A stretch of DNA of 64,000 nt from Deltaproteobacteria bacterium (GTDB lineage: Bacteria > UBA10199 > JACPAL01 > JACOUP01), in the NCBI GenBank assembly GCA_016177765.1, contig JACOUP010000008.1, positions 836,864-900,863 on the forward strand. Reading direction: 5' to 3'. The number at the start of each line of letters is the position of its first letter. Position 1 is the stretch's first letter. The position numbers and the translations under genes were made by a program. Below the pieces are notes generated by a model. It saw only the letters and a program-made list of their open reading frames with translations, was not told the DNA's origin and ran no database searches. Positions 57,474-64,000 of this stretch are shown piece after piece.

Positions 57474-60400
57474 ATGAAACCTGTTCCGTTCAAATCTTCG
57501 AGGGTCGTCCTCTTCTTGTCAGTCCTCTTTTTATCCATGGCTTCGTGGGGGACGGTTCAAGCTTATTCCTACTGCTGGTCTTCCGGAACCGGTAACGGCA
57601 ATACCTGGCTTTCCGGGACGATCACGGCGGGGGGGGTCGGCATCAAGGATGCCAGCGTCTGCCTGAATCCGGAGACCTGGTTTAGCGGTTATTACTATGC
57701 CTACGAGTGTGCCTGTACTGACAGCCAGGGGAATTACTCCTTTAAAAAGGAGACCGATCCAGCCTCCTCCTGCTACTACAGCTATTATGACTATTGGAGT
57801 GGGAAGACGAATCGGTATTGCAGTTGGAAGAATGCCAGTTGCTCTAAATACTGCATCGAGAATGACAACAATGGCTGGTATGTCGGGCAGACCTTTGCGA
57901 CGGAACGTTACAAGGTTACCGCAACACCGCCATGGAGTTCTTCCATGGCCGACAGGTATGGGAGTTGCACAACTACGGGCGTCACGATCAATTTTGACGG
58001 TACCACTGTAGCCGATTGTCAGCTTCCCTCAAAGAACATCATTATTCGCTTAAGGGTCGTGGATGATGATGGGCGAGCGGTCACCTATGGATTACAAGGG
58101 TATGTCAGCGGCCCCTCCTACAGCTACAAGGAGATTGATGGGGAGTTCAAGGATTACTACGTAACGCCGGGGCAGTATTGGGTTGGGGCCTACCCGACCG
58201 ATTACCGTTACTCCCGCTATTCCTGCATTTCGAACAAGACCGTGGAGGTGAAAGAGGGGGATTTGGTCAAAGAGGTCACCCTCAAGGCAAAGAGGAACTC
58301 GGCGATCCTGGCAGGGACCGTGACCGGAAGCGATGGCGCCCCGTTATCGGGGGTCTCTGTCAGCGCCGGCAATTACGATTACAGCGGTGCGGATTCCTGT
58401 TACGCCTCAGGGTGGGCGCAAACGGATCACCGCGGGAACTTTTCTTTTAGCCTTCCGTCAGGAAGCTATACACTCTGGGTCTATCCTCCTTATAACAACA
58501 ACTCTAACGCGGTGACCTATAGCAGTGCCTCCAAGGCGGTGACGCTGACGGTGAATCAGACAACCACTGAGAATATCGTTTTGGCCAAAAAGGATAGCCA
58601 AATCTGCGGGACGGTGAGGGCTGGGAACGGTAATGGGTTGCCCAAGGCCTGGGTCTCCGCCTGGACTTACGGGAATGGTGTCAATGACTGGGCGAACCGG
58701 GAAACAGATGCCTCCGGCAATTACTGCCTCAACACCTTGAAAGGAGTTACCTATAGCGTCCAAGCCTATTACTGGGATGGGTCGGGCAACGATCAATCGA
58801 TTTCCAACTGCAGTCGCGAGGCGTTGGTGTCGGTGACCTCTCCCGCCACGGGGATTGATCACACCTTTGATGTCTGGGACAGTTCGGCTACCTTTGTGAT
58901 GCTGGATGAAAATAACCAGCCGATCACCAGTGGTCTTGGCGGTGGGGGGGATATCCGTCCCAAGAACAAGACCAATAACCAGTACTGGTGTGGTTCCTGG
59001 TTCTCGTCCTCTAACGGGACGGTAACCAAGAAGCTTTCTTCAAAGACCGACTATTGTGCCAATATCTATACGTGGGGCATTCCTTCTTATGATCCGGAGA
59101 AGACGGAGCATTGTTTCAAGACCGGAGAGCCGGGTGAGAACACCCGGGTCCCCATTCAGATGGTGCCGTCTAATGCAACGATCTCCGGGGAGTATGTTGA
59201 TTCCGACGGGAACTCGATGTTCCCCAGTGTGAACTATCTCTCTGTCTACGGCACCAAAGGGAACATTTGGAGGACCTTCACTGCTGGCCCTTCTGGTTAT
59301 TCCGGCAAGGTTTCTGCCGGGAAGTGGGCGATCGGTTTCTGGCTTGACTGGAACAGCGGGTGGGTTTCCCAGCCGCCTGGTTCGAAGACCGCCCTCCAGA
59401 TCGGCTCGGCGGAGACCAAGACCTATGACCTGATCTTTTACAAGGTTGGTTATATCAAGGTAACGGTGAAGAACGACCTGGACGAACCGATGAAGTGGGT
59501 CTGGGTGGATGCCAACCCTTATTCCGCCGGGGATGAGGGGGGGAATGAGGAGAAACGGTGTTACTGGAACAACGGCTGTTATACCAACAGCAACGGTGAG
59601 TGTACCGCCTATGTCGGGGCGGCTACCAAGGGGACCACCTACTTCCTCCGTGCCTTCCGCCCCTGGAGCGAGATGAACAACGAGAAATTAACCCTCCCGG
59701 AGGAGGTTGTTGTCAAGGTGTTCCCCGGCGAAACGGTGGAGGCCAAGACGCTTATATTCCGGGTGATGGACAGCGAGGTCAAGGTAAAGGCGGCGGCCGG
59801 CAAGGAGGCGGTAACCAACACACAGACCTTCCAGGCGTTGACGAGTCCGATACTGAACTCCGAGAGTCTGTCGAACGATATCTGCAAGAATGCGATGATT
59901 TCTTGTTACTCCGATCTCGGCGGTTATGCCGAGGCGACGACCAACGAGTCTTGTGAAACCTCGGTTCCCTGCACCAGCGGCGACAAGTGGTATTGCGTTG
60001 CGCTCAATCAGGTGGGGGGGAATGCCTACATTTCTGAGTATGGTGAGATCACCTGTGTTCCTCCTGCTGACTCCGGGGAAAAGACGAAGGAGGTCTTCTT
60101 TAAACTGAACGCTGCAGCTACGATACCGGATGCCGTTAACCAGACTTGGGATTGTGGGACTGATAATGCCCTGACCCTCTCCGACAAGTTCTCTGTAGCC
60201 TTTCCCGCCAGCTCACTGGGGAACAAAGGGGCCAATTGTTCCTGCACAGTGCAACCGACCACAATGCTTCCGTACCAGGCGGCCAAGCGCCCCTCTTCCT
60301 TCTATGGTTATGACGTTACTTGCAAGGATGCGTCGGGGGCCCCGATTACCCAGTTTAATGCTGACATCACCCTCTGTATGCCGGTCAATGACGAGCAGTT

Positions 60401-60770
60401 AAATCTCCTCAGCCTGACAACAGGCGATGTCCGAATGGCCTATCGCGACAGGTCCACTGATTCCTATATCAACCTGACCAGTGTGACGCTGGATAAAGAA
60501 AACAGGCTCGCCTGCGGCAAGACGAATCACTTAACCGAATTTGTCCTGATCGGGAATGGGACGCGGGCCGGTGTCGATGGTGACAACGAAAACTCCATTG
60601 AGGAAAGCTACCGGACCGAGGAACCGGCTACCGGGGATGGAGGAGGGGGTTGCGGTTGTTATGTGGGGAATGAGAAATACCCCTTCCTGGATGACCGACT
60701 GATCTGGCTCGTCGCCCTGATCCTCTTCGGCGGCCGCCGGCGCCTGAAGGCCTTTCTCCAGAGGTTCTAG
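57474..60770 (+). CDS. giant Cys-rich secreted protein with carboxypeptidase-regulatory-like (CarbopepD_reg) repeats and a C-terminal TM + RRR anchor-like tail
   Basis: Signal peptide. Recurring GTVTxxDGAPLxGVxVS...TDxxGNYxF...GxYTL domain pattern. C-terminus GGGGCGCY...LIWLVALILFGGRRRLKAFLQRF. Confidence 0.7.
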   Translation: MKPVPFKSSRVVLFLSVLFLSMASWGTVQAYSYCWSSGTGNGNTWLSGTITAGGVGIKDASVCLNPETWFSGYYYAYECACTDSQGNYSFKKETDPASSCYYSYYDYWSGKTNRYCSWKNASCSKYCIENDNNGWYVGQTFATERYKVTATPPWSSSMADRYGSCTTTGVTINFDGTTVADCQLPSKNIIIRLRVVDDDGRAVTYGLQGYVSGPSYSYKEIDGEFKDYYVTPGQYWVGAYPTDYRYSRYSCISNKTVEVKEGDLVKEVTLKAKRNSAILAGTVTGSDGAPLSGVSVSAGNYDYSGADSCYASGWAQTDHRGNFSFSLPSGSYTLWVYPPYNNNSNAVTYSSASKAVTLTVNQTTTENIVLAKKDSQICGTVRAGNGNGLPKAWVSAWTYGNGVNDWANRETDASGNYCLNTLKGVTYSVQAYYWDGSGNDQSISNCSREALVSVTSPATGIDHTFDVWDSSATFVMLDENNQPITSGLGGGGDIRPKNKTNNQYWCGSWFSSSNGTVTKKLSSKTDYCANIYTWGIPSYDPEKTEHCFKTGEPGENTRVPIQMVPSNATISGEYVDSDGNSMFPSVNYLSVYGTKGNIWRTFTAGPSGYSGKVSAGKWAIGFWLDWNSGWVSQPPGSKTALQIGSAETKTYDLIFYKVGYIKVTVKNDLDEPMKWVWVDANPYSAGDEGGNEEKRCYWNNGCYTNSNGECTAYVGAATKGTTYFLRAFRPWSEMNNEKLTLPEEVVVKVFPGETVEAKTLIFRVMDSEVKVKAAAGKEAVTNTQTFQALTSPILNSESLSNDICKNAMISCYSDLGGYAEATTNESCETSVPCTSGDKWYCVALNQVGGNAYISEYGEITCVPPADSGEKTKEVFFKLNAAATIPDAVNQTWDCGTDNALTLSDKFSVAFPASSLGNKGANCSCTVQPTTMLPYQAAKRPSSFYGYDVTCKDASGAPITQFNADITLCMPVNDEQLNLLSLTTGDVRMAYRDRSTDSYINLTSVTLDKENRLACGKTNHLTEFVLIGNGTRAGVDGDNENSIEESYRTEEPATGDGGGGCGCYVGNEKYPFLDDRLIWLVALILFGGRRRLKAFLQRF

Positions 60771-60858
60771 ATCCCTTTGACGCACTGCGCAGGCAACCTA
60801 TTGTTTTCATTTGTCTTTTCCTAAAAAATCACTACAATGGGCCTCGAAAGGGGGGGGT

Positions 60859-61128
60859 ATGGGAAAACTTTTTGAGCCGGTGCATGATCTGATCAGTAGT
60901 CTCTATGATCTGTTGCATGATGCGGCAGATAAGGTCTGGAGCCTGGCCAAGCCAATCGCCATGATCGGACTTCTGTTCGATCTGTTGACCGGCAAGCTGG
61001 GCTGGATCGGTAGCATCCTCGACTTCTACAAGCAGTTTTTGGGGCATACGTCGGGGACAAGCTGGCTGGTGCTGGTCATTCTCGGTTTGTTGGTGCTCTC
61101 CTGTTCGTCAGCCTGCACCAAGAAGTAA
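60859..61128 (+). CDS. small hypothetical membrane protein
   Basis: Start MGKLFEPV with a G-rich Shine-Dalgarno. One or two TM helices. Confidence 0.4.
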   Translation: MGKLFEPVHDLISSLYDLLHDAADKVWSLAKPIAMIGLLFDLLTGKLGWIGSILDFYKQFLGHTSGTSWLVLVILGLLVLSCSSACTKK

Positions 61129-61167
61129 GGGTAATTTACCCAGCCGGGGTCTTTCGTCAGTTTGATG

Positions 61168-61207
61168 GGGGCGGTCCGCCTTAAGGCGGACCGCCTCTTA
61201 TTTTTTC
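61168..61207. terminator. strong bidirectional rho-independent terminator
   Basis: Perfect hairpin ggcggtccgcc-ttaa-ggcggaccgcc followed by tcttattttttc. Sits between convergent genes. Confidence 0.7.
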
Positions 61208-61476
61208 TTGATCCAGCGAAAATAAATCACCAAAAAAGTCACCCCGGAAAAGAAGAGAAGGTTTAGCGTTCCGAACAAGCGGAAGAGCGGGTCTGGAGAG
61301 GCGAGCGCCGCCGGTTCCATCAGGAGGAGACAGGTGAAAACCCCCAGGAGCCAGATCAGGCTCAAATCATCGGCCGATTTTCGCCGGAGGATCCGGATCA
61401 TGAGGGGGAAGTTAAAAAAAGGAAGGATGATCGAACTGATCAATCCCAAGTAATAAACCCAAGGGAACTGTTTCAT
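61198..61476 (-). CDS. PQ-loop/SemiSWEET-like 3-TM membrane protein (tentative)
   Basis: 92-aa 3-TM protein with a PQ-loop-like segment FPLMIRILRRKSADDLSL. Confidence 0.45.
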   Translation of the reverse strand: MKQFPWVYYLGLISSIILPFFNFPLMIRILRRKSADDLSLIWLLGVFTCLLLMEPAALASPDPLFRLFGTLNLLFFSGVTFLVIYFRWIKKK

Positions 61477-61511
61477 GAAAGAGTGCTACCCAACAGATTT
61501 TTGACTCAAAC

Positions 61512-62555
61512 TCAAGAGTTTTTGGCAAAGTTCGGTTTTATCTTCAGGGAAACCTTGACCAAAGCCAGCAAGATGGGGACTTCCACCAAAGGACCGATGA
61601 CCGCCGCAAACGCGGCCCCGTGGTTAATCCCAAAGGTGGCAACAGCGACGGCAATGGCTAGTTCAAAATTATTCGAAGCTGCGGTCAATGATAAGGTGGC
61701 CGTTTGTGGGTAATCGGCTCCTGTTCCGCGACTTAAGGTAAACGAAACAAAAAACATGATCAGAAAGTAGGCCGTTAGCGGAAGGGCAATCAGGGCGACG
61801 TCATAGGGAAGTTCGAGAATCTTTTCCCCCTTAAGAGAGAACATAAGAACGATCGTAAAGAGCAACGCGATCAAAGTGATGGGGCTAATTTTTGGAATAA
61901 ACGTCTCGCGGTACCATGAATCCCCTTTGAATTGTCTCAGAAGGATTCTTGTCACGAGCCCCGCGAAAAATGGAATGCCAAGATAAATGCCGACCGACTT
62001 GGCGATCTCCGCCATGGTGATATGAACCTCAATGGTGGAAAGTCCAAACCAGCCCGGCAGGATGGTGATGAAAAACCAGGCGTAAATGGGGAAGAAAATA
62101 ATTTGAAAGATCGAATTGAAGGCGACAAGCCCCGCACAATACTCAGTGTTCCCTCCCGCCAGTTCGTTCCAGACAATAACCATGGCGATACATCGGGCAA
62201 GCCCGATCAGGATCAATCCGGTCATGTATTCCGGGTGATTTCGAAGGAACAAAAGGGCGAGCGCGAACATCAATGCCGGGCCAAGAATCCAATTTTGGAA
62301 GAGGGATAGTCCAAGGACCTTTTTATTTTTAAAAACCGTGCCGAGCTCTTCGTATTTTACTTTAGCGAGGGGAGGATACATCATCAGGATGAGGCCGACG
62401 GCAATGGGGATCGAGGTGGTGCCGATACTCATCCCCTTGAGGGTGGGCACGACCCAGGGCGCCAGAGAACCGAGGAAAACTCCTCCAGCCATGGCGAGGA
62501 AGATCCAGAGGGTCAGGTAACGATCGAGGAGCGAGAGTTTGCCTTTTATCCCCAT
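61512..62555 (-). CDS. acr3: arsenite efflux transporter, ACR3 family
   Basis: ACR3 hallmarks [13 protein letters not shown] and [13 protein letters not shown]; 10 TM helices. Confidence 0.9.
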   Translation of the reverse strand: MGIKGKLSLLDRYLTLWIFLAMAGGVFLGSLAPWVVPTLKGMSIGTTSIPIAVGLILMMYPPLAKVKYEELGTVFKNKKVLGLSLFQNWILGPALMFALALLFLRNHPEYMTGLILIGLARCIAMVIVWNELAGGNTEYCAGLVAFNSIFQIIFFPIYAWFFITILPGWFGLSTIEVHITMAEIAKSVGIYLGIPFFAGLVTRILLRQFKGDSWYRETFIPKISPITLIALLFTIVLMFSLKGEKILELPYDVALIALPLTAYFLIMFFVSFTLSRGTGADYPQTATLSLTAASNNFELAIAVAVATFGINHGAAFAAVIGPLVEVPILLALVKVSLKIKPNFAKNS

Positions 62556-63556
62556 GCCAACTCCTGAAGAAGACTGATCTGTTCCTTGATTGATTGCAAA
62601 AAAACCTCCCAGTAGCGTCGCTCCGTGTAGTAGGGGAAGGCGCGTTGAAAGGTTGGTTCTTCGTACCGTTGGCCGATCCAGGCGGCATGCCGGATCATCC
62701 GGAGGGTGCGGAGCGGTTCGGCGAGCGTCAATGTGGCGCGGTCGAACTCTCGGAAAATTTCGTACCCTTCAAAAAACGCCTCTTGTTGTTCCTGTTTTTC
62801 CGCATCACTGCCGTTAAAGAGCATCCAGATATCCTGCACCGGTGGGGCGACCACCATGTCATCGAAATCGAGCAGGTATGGCCCCTCCATGAGTGAGGTT
62901 CCCTGGCTCCAGAGAATATTGCCCGGGTGACAGTCGCCGTGGAGCGGGATCGTTTTGAGATTTTTGCCGAAGTGCGGGGCGACTAGTTCAAGCGCCTGGA
63001 GCAGGTGTTGTTCGATCAGTTCTTTTAAATCGGTCGGCAGAAAGGTCTGGGTCAGGATGAATGAAAGGCTATCGTGCCCGTAGGTCTGCGGCGTCAAGTG
63101 AAGGCGATGGTTTGAGACAAAATGTTCGGCGACATTGTGCATCCGGGCGAGCGTTCGGCCGAGCCAGCGGCGGTCGTCGTTGGTGATCTCGGCATGTTCG
63201 CGCCCGCGAAATTTAGGGAACAGGGTATAAAATATTTTTCCGGAGTCGGTATCGGTTTGTGCCAGCGTTGTTATTGCAGGAAACTGTTTTTTGAGGGGCA
63301 GGGGACCTACGACCGGGATCTCCGCCTCGGCCAAGGTTTTTACGAACCGGTGTTCTTCGGCGATTGCCTCCGCCGACCAGCGGCCGGGGCGGTAATATTT
63401 AGCGATGACCGCACCGGGCGTCTCTTCCGTTTCAACCCCCACTTCGTAGACCCGGTTTTCATAACTGTTCAGCGGAAAAAGGAGCCCGGTTGGCCGAAAC
63501 CCCTGAAGGGCAACCGTCTGAAAAATTGCCTCGGGCAAAAGGTGATCAAAACGCAT
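62546..63556 (-). CDS. srkA: stress-response Ser/Thr kinase SrkA (YihE)-like
   Basis: LNSYENRVY motif and the aminoglycoside-phosphotransferase-like kinase fold ([11 protein letters not shown]). Confidence 0.75.
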   Translation of the reverse strand: MRFDHLLPEAIFQTVALQGFRPTGLLFPLNSYENRVYEVGVETEETPGAVIAKYYRPGRWSAEAIAEEHRFVKTLAEAEIPVVGPLPLKKQFPAITTLAQTDTDSGKIFYTLFPKFRGREHAEITNDDRRWLGRTLARMHNVAEHFVSNHRLHLTPQTYGHDSLSFILTQTFLPTDLKELIEQHLLQALELVAPHFGKNLKTIPLHGDCHPGNILWSQGTSLMEGPYLLDFDDMVVAPPVQDIWMLFNGSDAEKQEQQEAFFEGYEIFREFDRATLTLAEPLRTLRMIRHAAWIGQRYEEPTFQRAFPYYTERRYWEVFLQSIKEQISLLQELAWG

Positions 63557-63665
63557 GACGAGCCTTCTACCTTATTTATTTCCGGATGGGGAGGGGATTT
63601 TGGGTGAATGGGTCAGAGGAAATCCCCTTGTCAGATCGGGTCGGATCGCTTATCCTTTCGGGTCT

Positions 63666-64000
63666 GGGGGCGAACTGGCTTCGACGGAAGGAGTGACGCC
63701 TTACCCGGCATGCCGAGGTTGCTGGTTCCTCGTAAAAAACTGGCAAACAAAAGTAGACGCAACTCTACCTATGGCCGCTTAATTGCAGCCACGTCTCTCG
63801 AGTCTTCTCCCGCGGGGTTTGAGAGACGCCAACAGCGGGATCGCGAGTCTTGGTCGCCTCTTTTGAGACTCGTTAAACAATAAAGGGGCATGTCCCAGAA
63901 AATCCGGCCCGTGGGAGTTTCTGGGAGTCCTAAAACGCGGAACTAAGCATGTAGTTCGGGGAGGTTGATCCCTTTCGGACGCGGGTTCAATTCCCGCCGC
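63666..64000 (+). ncRNA. ssrA: tmRNA (ssrA), truncated at the window end
   Basis: 5-prime GGGGGCGAACTGGCTTCGACGG (tRNA-like acceptor/D). GCATGCCGAGG...CCTCGTAAAAAA pseudoknot region as in E. coli ssrA. Tag ORF ending ...LPMAA-TAA at 63780..63782. 3-prime CTAAGCATGTAG...GGACGCGGGTTCAATTCCCGCCGC T-arm. The last ~8 nt (CTCCACCA) lie beyond the window. Confidence 0.85.

Noticed and set aside
1-64000. CRISPR arrays
   Set aside because: No series of regularly spaced direct repeats with unique spacers was seen. The only multi-copy short repeats are the 15-nt in-frame units and the island-boundary repeat.

Overview
This is a GC-rich bacterial chromosomal segment of about 64 kb, densely coding on both strands.

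**Inventory.** I could support about 70 CDS, one complete tRNA-Arg(ACG), the 5-prime ~335 nt of a tmRNA (ssrA) running off the window end, two clear rho-independent terminators, and two repeat systems.

**Core housekeeping genes.**
- A split ATP synthase F0 module (atpZ-atpI-atpB-atpE) with its terminator and tRNA-Arg directly behind it.
- A class Ibeta DAHP synthase.
- hemL and the glutamate synthase large subunit gltB.
- cstA, typA/bipA, a fused msrAB and azlCD.
- A queC-queD-amidotransferase-mutY block with a divergent SDR (possibly pteridine-reductase-like).
- An APS/PAPS reductase-thioredoxin-ferredoxin trio.
- A cell-wall remodelling pair: an L,D-transpeptidase and a DUF882/M15 (MepK-like) endopeptidase.

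**Phosphate/metal starvation block.** DUF47 and a PiT transporter, an OprO/P-like porin, an alkaline-phosphatase-superfamily enzyme, an outer-membrane barrel, ZnuA and ZnuB, and a 1098-aa Cys-rich secreted protein.

**Accessory island (33.1-45.7 kb).** An ~12.5 kb island is bracketed by direct copies of a composite repeat. The repeat carries a tRNA 3-prime-end mimic and a perfect bidirectional terminator hairpin. Just inside the left copy is a serine-recombinase pseudogene. The island carries:
- a complete arsenosugar-type cluster (TIGR04283 glycosyltransferase, ArsS radical SAM, ArsM, TIGR04282/DUF2064);
- a pyridine nucleotide-disulfide oxidoreductase;
- an ECF sigma factor with a zinc-finger anti-sigma factor, plus MgtC;
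- a YyaL thioredoxin-domain protein;
- a co-directional merR-merT-(BFD-like)-merP operon that lacks merA.

Outside the right boundary lie an HNH endonuclease, a 549-aa protein with no recognisable domain and a DUF4143 AAA+ ATPase. An AT-rich Fic gene is present at 30.4 kb, and an ACR3 arsenite pump sits next to an SrkA-like kinase near the window end.

**Most unusual sequence-level signal.** A 15-nt unit, GGGTG-NNN-CACCC-TT, has an internally palindromic core. I found it in 1-3 tandem copies at five loci, in every case in-frame inside an ORF (an unassigned 5-prime ORF, a DUF882-adjacent L,D-transpeptidase, a secreted hypothetical, gltB and the alkaline-phosphatase-family gene). The exact 15-mer GGGTGAATCACCCTT occurs three times. 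It encodes different peptides depending on strand and frame, so it is a DNA-level element.
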